Source: Auanema rhodensis (Eukaryota; Animalia; Nematoda). Taken from it: DNA of 64,000 bases. Made by a program: the position numbers and the translations under genes. The DNA is taken from contig OZ059894.1 in NCBI GenBank assembly GCA_964057225.1, positions 9,424,001 to 9,488,000 of the forward strand, read 5' to 3'. A model generated the notes under the pieces. It was not told where the DNA came from and made no database searches. It saw only the letters and a program-made list of their open reading frames with translations. Positions 45,813 to 59,162 of this stretch are shown one piece after another (position 1 is the stretch's first letter; every line of letters begins with the position of its first letter).

Positions 45813-46385
45813 TTTCTTAAATAAATAAACACTAATTAAAGATATATCAACAAGTTATTCCAGAAAAATTAGCAAAAATGAATTAAATTGGAAGTTAAGA
45901 AAAAAAAAAGAAAAGTGAATGTTAAAGAAAAAACGGGCGTGATATCGGAGCGATAATGCAAGTAATGTAGATCTTTTTTTTATGAAATCGACAAGATGAA
46001 TCGAAAAACAGCCTGATAAGTGGTGGATTGGTTGAGTGTTGATGAGATAAGTAGAGTTTTCAAATACTTTTTATTATCAAAATGATCATGGTTGGATGCA
46101 TGTTAGGTGCTTTATGGTTCATGAAGACCAGTGGTTTGGGTTGAAGTGGACTGATTGCTTAACTGCTGGCAAAGATATTAATGTTGAAAGGGGGGGGCTG
46201 CTTTTAAAGATCGAAAAGCAATCTCTGAAAGTTTCAAGGGACAACTTTTGACCGGAGAAACAAAGGAAATGGTAAGTATGATGAGAAAGTGAGAGAAGAC
46301 TGTATCCACATAGCCTCGTTATGAATCAGAAGAAGACGGAGAAGAACAAGAGGAAGTAAGAGACGAATATGATGATGCAGATGTT

Positions 46386-46484
46386 GAAGAAGAAGAAGAA
46401 GAAGAAGAAGAAGAAGAAGAAGAAGAAGAAGAAGAAGAAGAAGAAGAAGAAGAAGAAGAAGAAGAAGAAGAAGAAGAAGAAGAA
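46386..46484. repeat. (GAA)33 perfect trinucleotide repeat
   Basis: Direct reading. Confidence 0.97.
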
Positions 46485-48655
46485 GGAGAAGAAGAACGAA
46501 AGGAAGAAGAATGAAATGAGAAGTAAAATAAGAAGTAGGAGAAGAAGAAACCGATTACTGAAATGATCAAAGTGATAGAAATGGTTGAAAATCGAATTCG
46601 ATGAGGTTTTGCAAAAGTGAAGTCCAAACAATTTCGGAACAGTTGACGTCAGAATGTGACGACATTTAGAGAAACAATTCATCAGAATGTCGGGAAGAAG
46701 ATATTTACTGTATATGGTTGGTGAAAGCCAAGATGAAGATAAGAAGAAGGAGACGATAAACGAATTCAAAATCAAAGGTGACGATGAAGCCAATTGCAGT
46801 TAGTTGGGGTGCATGTACGATGAAGACTGATGTCGACATAAAGACTGAGAGCGAACCAAATGAGAAAAATAGAGAGAAACCAACGAGTATTTTATTGAAC
46901 AATGATGATATGGTTTGAAGACGAGTGGCCAGGCGCTTTCGTTCCCATCTTACCCTCTAGTCACCTCGTAATCATATGGTAGAGTGATGGAAATAGAATC
47001 GAAACATACAGATAGAAAATTTCAACGGGGAGGGCTACTGCAAGTTCAGTCTTTAAAGATTTTTTCGAAAATATTCATGGTGAAGCACATGCCACAAAGC
47101 GTTAAGCTTGACAGACTGAAAGATAGTTGGGTTTGTGGGTGTTCTCTATTCGCTATGACTTCTGATACTAGCGACGTCAGGGTCGGCTGCAGCATCAGCT
47201 ACTATTACGGGCGATAGAGATGACGACAACGACGACAAAAATGGTACTGCTGTAACAGATGAAAGGAGTTTTTCTGAACATTCATGGTTTCATCGTCACA
47301 TGGACAGCTTGATTGGACGATTTTCGAAGAACAGTCGAGCAACTTTGCATCTTGTCAGGAAGTGTTGCGGACTGAAATAGGCGTTAACCATTTTCAGAAT
47401 ATAGCTGTACACTGTCGTTTCACTACTATACAATTAGATTGACAGTATCAGAAGAAACACAATAATTTATAAAAATAAAAAGTTAAATTTTTTTACTCCA
47501 GAACAGTTGGTCTTCCTTTTATAATAACGATAGCAAATTAGACCGTAGGACATGATAAAGTGCGAAAAATCTTGTTAGAGCAATTTGGAGAGATATCTAA
47601 CAACTTCTTCTTCGTTGTGCTGAATGGATTGCTGACGTAGGCTGATCACACCAACTTATCAAACTTTCATCCTTTCGGCTCTTCTTCTTGGCCTCGAATC
47701 ATACCAGTTTTAGAGATATCCAGCAAAACGATTTCGATGAGCGCTCTTCGTGGCCCCTATCTGCAACGGAAAAAAAGGGTGAAAACTATGTTTAGATGAA
47801 AGCAATGAATTATGAACCTTTAATGAAAAGAAAAACAGATCGAAGAGCAACACGGTGGTTCGTAAATAATTGAATCAATGAGTAAAAAGTGTTTAGAATG
47901 GTTGAAGTTTTCACCAAAGTCATAAACTTCTGCAATCTTTTGTGCGTTGAACTGTTGACGGTTTTGCGAAAAATGTTGGATCCTGTCGTGACACGTTCAA
48001 AGATTGAACCGAGAATGCAACAAATGTAATATGACTATCAATTTCTGATACATATATTCACTTTTTAATCCTCAAAAAGCCCTTGAAACAGTGTAACACA
48101 GTTTCTTAGTCACGAGGATGTGGCAAAAGCTGTTAAATATGAAGCTCATACACTTCTAATCTAAAAGTGCAGCACCAACAAAGACACCGAAAGTATGGTT
48201 TCGAACATTAGCCATTTGATGATTCTTTGAAATCAGTAATATCAAAAATATTTGAGCTCATTACGCTTCAGGGCGATCAAAGAATTTCTATCGCTCAGGG
48301 TCATGATAGTTCTGGCCGCACCCAAGCTATCAATAATCCCATTAGAGAAGAATTCATATCAAAGTTGTGTAGCAAAAGATCATATCTGTATCTGAACTTA
48401 AAAAGTTGATCAACAAACAAGACATAAAACTTCATATAAAAGCAAAAAATATCACATATGAACAATCACAAACTGACTTTTTCGGCAAATAAAGTCTCCT
48501 ATGAGGCAGTTTTGGGAACTGTCAGGCTTAAGAAATTAAGAGGGCATTATGAGATTATGCCTGAGAACAATTGATTAATAAGTTAAGTGAAAAATAAATT
48601 ATAAAATAGAAATATGGTAAAACTCTACATACAAGTAACTGAATAGGATATGGCA

Positions 48656-51600
48656 CTACCGATTCAATGCTTCCGTATGACAATTATTACAAGTTCGTAC
48701 TGGGTTCTTGCTGCTCGCGGTCCTAAAACTTGCGCTCAAATCACAAAATATAATAACTAATCCTACCTGACAGTCTTGTCACTACATTGGGAACAGAAAA
48801 TTAAACCACAAATACGACAGTGGTGTTTTCTAACTGTTAAGGTAAACGTCTTTCCGCAATCCGTACAGTTGACAGCAGCGGAATCATCCAACCACTTTCG
48901 TGTCGTATGCTTGGACATATCCATCTGAAACAAATACTCTGCGTGCGATCATTCAGAAGAGTTTCTCACTTGTAACGACTGATTAGCTCTTCCAAGCTCA
49001 TGCATAGCGGCCATACAATCATCAAATCTTCTTTTATTTTCAATGGATCGTTCCCGCTCGAAATCAAGATCACTTTCAGTTTTAAGACAACGCTCGATAA
49101 GAGCATTCTTCTCATCTTCCCACGACGAATACTGCTTTTGAAGTTCTGAAAAAGAAAATCATATGTTCACAAGTAAGAGATAGTTTTAAAGAAACCTAAA
49201 CTCTGAGAAGCTAGTTCTTCACTAGTTTGCTTCCACTTAGTAACATCAGCTTGTGCGGCGTCCAACTAAAAAGGATTCATTTCTATTCTATTTCTGATAA
49301 ACTTAGCTTACCTCAGACTCCAAAGATTGAATCGATCTCTTATGCTTTTGAATCGCAGAACTCATTTCTTCCTCCTTCTCAGCATAAGCAATCTCCTTTT
49401 CACTTAGACTGTTCTCCAACTTGTCAATAGCAACCCGTTGCTCAGAGATTTCCTTGTCCTTCTCACTTTGAATTTCCTTAGCTAATTTCTCGAACTGAGA
49501 ACATTTTCCTTCCAACTAGAAATTATTTTGTAATAAGTAGCAGAATATCCTAAATAAAACCTTTCGAGCATGATCAATCTTTTCTCCAAGTTCTTTTTGC
49601 ACACTTTGCAACTCCTTTGCTTGAGCTCTTATTTGCTCTTGACTTTCAGCGAGTTCTTGCTTATATGAGCCTTCTGTCTCCCGAATCTTCTTCATTTCAG
49701 AATCTTTTTCAGCTATAAACTTGGACAATTCCTCAATTTTAGATGAAAGACTCTGAATAAAAAGTAAAATATAACACAAATAAATGAAAATAAATATACA
49801 TTTCCTTCTTCTTGGAGAACATTGATGATTTGGTTAAGATCAGCTTCACGTATTTTAAACTGTTCCTCCTTTTCTCTAAGTTCTAAACAAAAGAATTTAA
49901 GAATAAATGAATTCCATGCCATAATTACCTGTCAAAACTTGATTCAATTCATCGTCTTTCATTTTAAGGTTCTCAGAGAGCTGTGTTCTAACGCTTTCCA
50001 TATCATCTAAGATATCCTTCTGACCAGCTAATTCACATTCAAAGGATGACTGCAAAAGAACAAATTTAATTCATCTTTTAACTAATCTACATACAATTCT
50101 CTCATTGAAACTGTTAGTTTCTCGATCCTTTTCAGCTAACGACGATTGCAAACGAGCCATGTTTTGCGAAATTCGGAACAAATCCTGAAACAAAATGCAT
50201 GAAAGAAAATGTGAAATTACCCAACTTCGTCTTTTTGTTCTAGTTGCGCAAGCAAATCTTTCTTTTCCAAAGCATGCTTTGCAATTGTATTGTCTAAATC
50301 CAATTGAAGTGTACAATGTCTCTCTTTAGATTCAGCTATTTCTTCTTGGTGAGTAACCAAAACAGTTTGTAATTCCTAAAATTGCAAACATAAATGGAGG
50401 AGGATCGTTAAGGATATTTTACGTTTTGTTGAGAAAGCAACCGTTCATAGCTTTCAGTATTATTAGTGCAAGAGGATTGAAGTTCAACCTTTTCTTCTTC
50501 CTAAAAGAAATTTTTCAATTTCTGTTAATCATAACAAATCGAACCAAATTCTGTATAGTCTTCCTCAATTCTTCCGATTTCTTCTCCTTATCATCTAAGG
50601 TTGTTTCCAATTCTGTCAGTCTAACCATTAGTTCGTTAATAGTGGAATCCATATTAGCAATGCGACTCTGAATGAAGTAGTACAGTTCATATTCCTTTTC
50701 AAAGTAGTTACCTCTTTGTTTTTCTTATCGTTTTCTTCCTCCTCTAACTTCTTTTTGAGCTCCGCTAGATTCGTTAGTAAATCCTGGATGGAACAGTTTA
50801 ATAAGTTTCATTATGAAGGGTAGCATTACCTCATTAGCTTCTTGGTTCTTCTCCATTTGCTTCAAGAATTCATCTTTTTTACCATTCCAATGTTCTTCTT
50901 TATCATTCATTTCTGAATACAGAAATAGAAATAAAACAAAAAACAATGAAAACCTTTAACAACAGCAGCTAATTCATCATCTTTCGTTTTCAAATCTTCG
51001 GCTAACTGAAATAGCAGCTTAAAAAAAGCAGAATAATTGCTCAATAGGGGTAGACTGTTAGTCTAAGCACAGCTAGTTCACCTCAGGGGACCCAAGCAAA
51101 GGAGAACGTTTGGATTATATAAACAGTACTAGGTAGCTATAAGCATGCAGAATACAAACCTGACTTGCTTCCGCCTTCAATTTCTCTAAACAACCGTGAG
51201 TCTCATCAAGTTTCTGCTTCAGCTCCTTTTCTGACGTACTTGCAGATTCCCTAGAAAGCTCAGAGTTCTGCAGCTGCTTCTCCTGTAATATAGGAAGCTG
51301 ATTTCAGTAAGAAATAAAAAACAAACCAAAGCCCGAGCTTTTGACTCCGCATCTTCTAAGTGCTTCACAGATTCTTCAATTCGTTTCTTAGATTCATCAA
51401 GATGAATCTCCTTCTCCCGAATGAGTCGATTCTTTTCTTCCAACGACCCATGCAACTCTTCTATCTGAGTTTTCAGCTGTTGAGCTCCAGCCTCTTTTTG
51501 GAGAACCAGTTCTTTGAGCTTATTAACCCGTTCAGCTGCTTTTGCTCTTTCTTCATCCAACTCTTTTTCCATTTCAATGAAACGTTCCGACTATAAAAGC

Positions 51601-54234
51601 AGAATAAGAATGAAATAAGGTATTAAGGTATTAAGCCATACTTTTCGACTAAGATCATTTTCTGATTCTTTAAGGTTTCGACGTAATTCTTCAAGATCAG
51701 ATTCAGTTTTCTGAACCTTTTCATTGATGGACTTCTCCTTTTCTCTATGCTTCTTTTCGATATCCTCAATCTTTGACGAATGCTCTTCTTTCTTAAAATC
51801 AATTATGAATATGTTTTATTCTTTTAGAAACATACGATTTCTTTGATTGAAGTGGCTAAAAATGAGATCTCTTCTGATAATCGTTGCTTCTCCGTTGTTA
51901 GTTGATCAATCATCATTTTCGCTCCTCCTTCCCCTTCCACAATCTAATTAATGGATAATACAATTGACAAAACTGTTCGAGATTCGCCCACCTTATCAGC
52001 TAAGTTTTTCGTATTTGATTCCAATGAGACAATCTGCTTGGTCAAACCTTCAGAAGTGGCAACTAACTCAGAACGTTCACTTTCTGATTTGAATAGTAAG
52101 AAAATGAATAAACAAACAGTTCTAATACCTAATTTCTCCAATTTCCGTCTGCATTCTTCTATTTCACCTTGGACGGAATGCAACTGATCATCCTTCGACT
52201 GTAGAGCAGAATTCTGAAAATATCCATTCAATGGGCAAAGTAAAATATAAATATTTGCCTTTTCATTAATAAGTGATCGTTCTTGTTCCAACATAGACCC
52301 AAGAGATGCAACTTCATTAGTCAAATCCATATTAGATAATTCCAACTTAAGAAACCGGATCAATTTGTTACAACGTTCCTGATTACTTACGCTCTTTATC
52401 ACTTCCATTTGTTTTTGTTGCTTTTCCTCAAACCCGCTCAGGTCAGCATCATATTTCTTCTTGTCTTCAATCATCTAATACAGAAAAAGGTTAATAACAT
52501 TGTATGAACTATCTACAACCTTCTGCAATGTTTCTTCTAGCTTCGACAGTTTGAGCATATTTTTTTCATTTAATTCATGAGAATCATCAATTTCTTTGGA
52601 TCCTTTGTTAACCACTTCTTCGAGCTGCTTTATTTTCTCTTGGCATCGAGTAAGTTCAACCACGTTAGCGTCCAATCTTAATTTGTTTGGGTAAAATATA
52701 TTATTGACTTAATTAACACCTTGATTGGAGCTCAAGAATACGGTTTTCACGCTCAGTGACCATTTCTTGAGCAGAAGTCAATTCTTTCTTAATATTCTCA
52801 TATTGTGTTCTATTATCATCCAACTGATTATTGAGGCCTTCTATGATGGAATTACTTCTAGAAATCAAAAATTAATAGAATTTACTATCGATACCCATAC
52901 TCAGAAGAATTTTGAGATTTCTCAGTCAGCTGCTTCTTCAGGTTTTCTAAGACACAGTTCTCCCTGAAATAAATATAATTCAATAACCATATTTCAATAT
53001 ATGATACCGTTCTCGTTCCATATTCAAATGCCGGATAGAAGTTCTGTGTTCTTCAATTTCAACATCTTTTTGTTGAGCAATATCATCCATCAATTTTTGA
53101 GCATTAACCAATTCAGTTCTTAATACAGCCACATCGTCTTCACTCGGTCTAATAATAAAACATTAATTTAATTTTACAAATTAATGCCAACCTTTGATCA
53201 AGAGTTTTATTTAATCGCTCTACTTCTTGGTTCAATCGATCGCATTCCACCTCACTATTTTTGCTTTTCTCATTCAGCACATCTCTTTCATTCTGTAAAT
53301 TATGATTTATTTCCGATAAACGAGCGATTGAAACTTTGAAAGATTCATTTTCATCCATCAATTCTCGGATCTGCTGGCTTTGTTGCTTTAATTTAGCCAT
53401 TATGTCATTGCGTTCACGAGACATATTTTCCAGTGATCTTTTGGCCTGCGTTGACTCTTTTTCAAACTCTAACATTCTTTGAGTAACTGAATAATGAAAG
53501 ATACTAAAAAAATATAGAAATACTATGTACCCATGCTTTTTCCTGCTTCAAGGACTTGAATTTGTTGCATAAGATAAGGAACTTCTTCTGTTGGGACATC
53601 TGTTGCCTGTGCAACAACTCCTTGAATTCTGTCCAACTCTTCCTGAACATTGTTTTTAATGAACTGAAGAGAATGATAAGTTATACCTTCAGTCTCAAAG
53701 AGAATGTTTTTTCTTCCTTGAGTTGCAGTTTGAGTTCATCAATCTCATGTTCTTTAGTTCGAAATGCTGGAGGGGATGTTGGTGCACCTACATGAAAACT
53801 TTTACAAAACACATTATATAATATTTCTTACTATTCAGAGAATTGTTAAAATTGGGATTTTCAAGGAAAGATGGAGAACTCTAGAAAACAAATGTTATCT
53901 GTAATTTTTTATATTAAATTTCCTTACTGCATTATTATGTTCACGATCAAAATGAGACGATAACTGATCAGGCGAACCAAAATGTGTCATGCAAATAGGG
54001 CATAGGAAGCCTTCAATTTCACCATCCTAGAAAATAAACAACTAAATAAAATAGGAATTGAAACAATAACCTCATTTGGTTCAGGCAGAAATGATTCATC
54101 TCGTGCGCTTCTATCGCTCACCGGAGATAGTACACCAGGAAGCTGAAAGAGAGATTAAATAAATATATAAAACAAATCCAAATAAGAACCTCGTTTGCCA
54201 CCTGGGAAACTTGTGCTTTTAACCTTTTCAGCAT
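48656..54234 (-). CDS. eea-1: Early endosome antigen 1 (C2H2 zinc finger, long coiled coil, FYVE)
   Basis: N-terminal EGFLCPICMTHF...HFDREH; multi-exon coiled coil; C-terminal KWLDDSAAVNCTDCGKTFTLTVRKHHCRICGLIFCSQCS...PVRTCNNC. Confidence 0.95.
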
Positions 54235-55843
54235 TGTATTTATTTCATAACCCGTTTATTCAAAAAATTCTAAAAAATATCTGAAAAAATATAAATAAAA
54301 AAATATATATGACGATTTATGAAATCTGCAACCAATTGTGAGAAAAAAATAAATAAAAATGAATAGTTATGAGTTGACGTGTACATGTTTACGTGAACTT
54401 TTGGTAATTTTATGAAGTAACTACAACTTCTCATATACAAAATCAATTTAAAAAGTACAGTTTTAAATAATTACTAAGGAAAACTGAAATAAAATTTTAA
54501 ACATTCAAAAATCAAACGTAACCATATATGATAAATCATGGTCAAGGCATATCCGGTTGGTGGATGGAACAAAAGAGATTTAAACCTAAGAAATCCAGTG
54601 TTTATTGGCCAAAACCGATTGATTTAGTCAACCTGAACTTCGTGTACAGATCCTATTTAAGCGTATAAATTACTATTCTACTCGAAAAGCTTCCAAAAAA
54701 AAAATTAAAGTTGAAAATAAGGCTGAATACTCAATAACATGCCGCCTTCGCGTGCGGCGGAGCGTGTTTTTTCAAAGATATAGTATTTTTTTGTCATCTA
54801 AATGAGTAAATGAATTAATACAATTGATTTGAGTGAATTAATATAATTATAAACTTTTGTTAATTAATGCTAACAATTAAATTCGTGGAATAATGCGTGA
54901 GCAGGTTGTTGTTAATGTTAAAATAATCATATATTTTGTATTTTACACATTTAATCAATATATGAACTTGGAAAATGGGAATGATTATAGAAAATTATAT
55001 ATTATAGTTTACACAAATTGGATATTTATGCATTATTCAAATAGAATAACTGAAAATAACTACTGATAAATGAACTACAATCAAGATAAAAAAGATAACA
55101 AAATAGTAAAAGAAGAATTTAGAAAAGAACATTTGGAATTGAATTTGTACACGATATGTATTAAACTTATTTCCTTGCAATGGCTAGGAAATACATTGAT
55201 TTACCCTGGTTACCACAACACGTATTAACTTTGTTTTACGATTCATTCTAATGATTTTAGTGATGTTATCGAATATCCAAGTATTGAAAGTTATTCTTGA
55301 TACTACTACGCCATTTTATAGTTATTCTTAATACTATGGCGTATTTGAAGGCTTCAGGTTTAAATATGACGAATAAGTTGTTTATTCAAATCGTAAAGAG
55401 GTTGCATGAGATAATATATTCAAACCTAAAATGATCTGAAAAACAATCAATAATTATCACTCAATGCGTGATGAACAGGTTGGATAAATTCTAGAAATCT
55501 TCGTAAAAACGAAATGAAGAAGAAACATCTAACCAGTTTTGGCCTTTATCTTTTGAAGCTCGCTGAAGAAAGGGGAGATAAAAGAACCGTGTTGTTTCGA
55601 CAAGCTTGAAAGTCGTTTGTCATTAAGACCAAAGTTATTAGGAATACATGAAATTATATGAGAGATATCTTTAATTTCATAAACATGTGGCGAGAGATCA
55701 TTGTAGAAGAGGATGTGAAGCTTAGATGAATGAAGATAACACTTAAGTTGTTAAACCGAATACAAAAAATTGTGACTATGTCTATGTAACCGACAAAGAA
55801 GCATGCACAATGTACTATCAAAGTTTTAAAACTTGTTCACATG

Positions 55844-55885
55844 CATTACGTGAAACACGTGAAACATTACGTGAAACACGTGAAA
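55844..55885. repeat. 21-bp tandem duplication containing four ACGTGAAA motifs
   Basis: cattacgtgaaacacgtgaaa occurs twice in tandem. Confidence 0.85.
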
Positions 55886-56706
55886 CAGATTTGGTGAAAA
55901 TACGTCAACTTCGAAGAAGTCGTGTGTTGATCGAACAAGAGTTTAAGATAACTCTCTAGAGAAGGAAAGATAAAGAGTCTGACTATATGAGACGCTGCTC
56001 AAACCGTGACTATAAGCGAACTCCACCACTAACTGACCAACCGAAATCATTGAATAAACAAAGTGAACATAGTGTAAACAATGTATTCATTTGCACTGAA
56101 CTCTGTACATCATCAATTCAACTTTTCCTCATTTCCTATGAGAGTATCTTCATAAAAATTGTGATCAATACCAAATTGAAAGGTTCATCTTGAATTCCTT
56201 ATGCAGATTTTCGTTATCAATACTCTGTGACCTTTGTTTTTCTTACTTTTAATTGGGGGCATGTTTTTTTTTTCATTTTAACAGTAAACGACCTCTCGTG
56301 CAACGTGTAGGTCATCTCACACTCGTAATTATTATCAGCGTTTTTTCATTCTTATGACCTAGATCTGAACTTAGAAAATGGAAGATGGAATAAAGAATAG
56401 TCTAAGATCAAAGCTTTTTCTGGTGTTTGATAAATCGCAACCCTGTGAAGTTTCAGACAGACAGTAGAATCCGGAGTCGGAGATATTTCGAACTAATGAA
56501 GAGGATTTTGCAAAATGAGAACGATGTGCTAAGAAGCGTAAAAGAAAAAAGAAAAGCAAGACAACCCCGGAAAAAGGAAAACTTGAACATCGAGAGTGAA
56601 TAGCATGCGGTAGGAGAGAGGGCGGGGGGAGGAGTTCGTAAGGATGAACAACGGGTCTGGACCTGATCTAGATGGATCTTAGTTGCCAACTACCTTCGAT
56701 TAGGGG

Positions 56707-56713
56707 TATATAA
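56707..56713 (+). promoter_or_regulatory. TATA box of cationic peptide gene 1 (equivalents at ~57567 and ~58778)
   Basis: GTATATAAG ~65 nt upstream of the ATG. GTATAAAT and CTATATAAG lie ~45-50 nt upstream of the next two genes. Confidence 0.7.
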
Positions 56714-56774
56714 GGCTGATCGAAATGCTTAGAAGACAGAACCAAATCGGCTTCGTCTACTCTTCTAATTCACC

Positions 56775-57133
56775 ATGAAATTCATCGCTATCTGCCTCAT
56801 CTTCGCCCTCATCCTCACCATCTTCGCCGGAGTCAGCGAGGCCAAGCCACACCACGGAAAGCACGCCGCCGCTAGTGAGTTTCAGCCTATTACTACTTCT
56901 TCTCCTTCTACTTCTTCTGCATCGACTTTTACAAAACATCTAAAAGCATTTAATAATTTCAACTCATAATCATCTTTCCAGGACGCCACGCTGCCGTCAA
57001 GGCCCACAGCGGAAACCACGCCGCCCCACACCGCAGAGCCGCTGCCAAGCACGCTGGAAAGCCAAAGCACGCCAGAAAGCCAAAGCACGCCAGAAAGGCC
57101 TCCAAGAAGGCTGCTCCAAAGAAGCACCACTAA
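56775..57133 (+). CDS. Secreted Lys/His/Ala-rich cationic peptide (83-aa precursor)
   Basis: Two exons, phase-1 intron: MKFIAICLIFALILTIFAGVSEA-KPHHGKHAAARRHAAVKAHSGNHAAPHRRAAAKHAGKPKHARKPKHARKASKKAAPKKHH*. Strong C-ending codon bias; AATAAA at ~57204. Confidence 0.88.
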
Positions 57134-57615
57134 ACAGTTACCAACCAACCTAACTTATTTATCTGAGCATTTTTTTCGTCATTCAATGGCTTAAAGAGTT
57201 TCCAATAAACATATTTATGACATCCAATTGTTCATTTACATCGAAATCAATCGAAATACAGCAACACAAGCAATATCATTCAGATATATTTGAAAATTTC
57301 TTTTTCAAATTATCTATTCTACGAACAATGGATGCACGACCAGCATCAACCTTTTCTCACAAAGACTTCTCAGAAAGACAGAGAAACACAGCATGGATAG
57401 TCTTCACAACAGGAAAATAATTTTAAAATTCTTTAAAACTTTTAAAAGCGTCATTGGCTTCTTCTCTTCTGTGTAAAATTTGATTCAAAAGGTTAAAAAA
57501 ACGATAAGAAACGGGTTGTTTACATATAGTTCGCCCAAGAACGACCCGTAATGTGTAGATCACCAGTATAAATACGTACTAAGTCAGAAGTTACAACAGC
57601 TTCTATCAGATCATC

Positions 57616-58017
57616 ATGAAATTATTCGGAACTATCAGCCTTTTGGTTATTCTCATCCTCGCTCTTGCTATTGGTAAGATTTTTAGATTTTCAATTTCGA
57701 CTTCAACAACGCTTAGTTGACCTGAAAAGACAATATTTCTCAAAAAAAATGATCTTGAAAAAGAGAGAAAGATTTAGTCGAATCATATTCATGTTATCTA
57801 AGATTCAAATCACATTTCAGACACAGCTGAAGCAGTCCGAGTTCCAAAACCAATTCGTAATGCACCACGTAAGTGATAAAATTTATTTTATATCCTTTAT
57901 TCTTCTAAATTCTATTTTAATGGTTTGATTCTTATAGGCCAGGCAGCAGCACGTGTTCAGAAACAAAGTCGTACGGTCAAATCGAATGCACGTCGTGTAA
58001 CCAATCGTCTTGGATAA
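57616..58017 (+). CDS. Secreted Arg-rich cationic peptide (61-aa precursor)
   Basis: Three exons, phase-1 introns: MKLFGTISLLVILILALAIDTAEA-VRVPKPIRNAPRQAAARVQKQSRTVKSNARRVTNRLG*. Confidence 0.82.
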
Positions 58018-58821
58018 ATTTGAAATGAAATGAAATAATTGATTCATCGATGTAAACAAATTCAATTTATTTTGTATATTATTACTTTCTTGTAATTACA
58101 TTTTGGAAATAAACGATTTAAACCGTGATATCACGTTGTATCATTGATTGTAAACCTATACCGAATTGCATGAAAACGGAGCGCCGAGTTGGCCCGCATA
58201 CTACTGACCTCACAGCGGAATAGGAATGACATCATGTTGAAACAGCTTATCTATAAATGTTTTATCTGTTATAGCATCTTGAAAATTCAAATTTTCCCTC
58301 CCAAAAAAATTATTTCAAATTTCAATTGAGATCACTGTTCTTGTTCTGTGACTTCTTGAGATTTCCTGTTTCTAATAAGGTTTTATGGATCATTATGAAA
58401 AAGGAAAATCGAAAAATATCGGAGAGATTTCGAAGAAAATCAGGGACTTCGATGACAATTCAGCATTTTTCGATCAGAAAGATTGAACCCTTTAAACTAC
58501 TGGTTGCAAGCCAGACCGAGAAAAACGTGGTTGATTGAGAAGTCGTGGTGATGAAGATCTTTAACCTTATAAAGCTTTGTATCAAAAATGATGAAAATCA
58601 GAGATCATTGTTTGTTAGCGAAGTAGAAACAGATCATCTATTTCTTCATTAGCAAAAGAACAAAACCATATCATTTCAACTTTGGTTCCATTTGTTCTTC
58701 TAGCTGATCATCCTATTATTCGCTGAATGACTTGTGATAAAGCTCAACTTTGGGTGGGGCTTCTGGGTTTCGAGTCCTATATAAGAAAAATCCTATCCAG
58801 TAGATTCTAACACAATCAAAA

Positions 58822-59162
58822 ATGAAACTCCTTGCTTGCATTCTCATCCTCGTTGTCGTATTCGCTGCCCTTACAGGTTAGAGTCGAAATATCAAGTTGT
58901 TTCTGTCTAACTGTTAGATTGCAGAAGCCAAGAAATACGGAAAGCACGGAAGATACGGAAGACACAGCTCATCAAGCCATCATCATTTCGGAAGAAGAGG
59001 TACGATTTCAAGAAAATTTTCTACCAGTTAAACAAGTTTTTTTTATTACCAGGTCCACCATCTCGAGGACATTACCATTCTCTTCCACGTGGCGGATATC
59101 ACGGACCATCCCGCGGAGGACACTATCATGCTCCACCACGCGGATTCCACCATTTCGGTTAA
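58822..59162 (+). CDS. Secreted His/Gly/Arg-rich cationic peptide (79-aa precursor)
   Basis: Three exons, phase-1 introns: MKLLACILILVVVFAALTEA-KKYGKHGRYGRHSSSSHHHFGRRGPPSRGHYHSLPRGGYHGPSRGGHYHAPPRGFHHFG*. Confidence 0.85.

Noticed and set aside
46319-46793. Poly-S, poly-F and poly-K ORFs
   Set aside because: Artefacts of the (GAA)33 repeat.
50426-53795. Plus-strand ORFs within eea-1
   Set aside because: Antisense shadows of coiled-coil exons.
54538-54627. Short ORF containing VGGW, like a cystatin N-terminus
   Set aside because: No signal peptide, QxVxG or PW nearby; probably chance.
54737-54772. GC-rich hairpin followed by a T-run
   Set aside because: Terminator-like shape is not meaningful in this eukaryote; no Pol III boxes or Helitron CTRR end seen.
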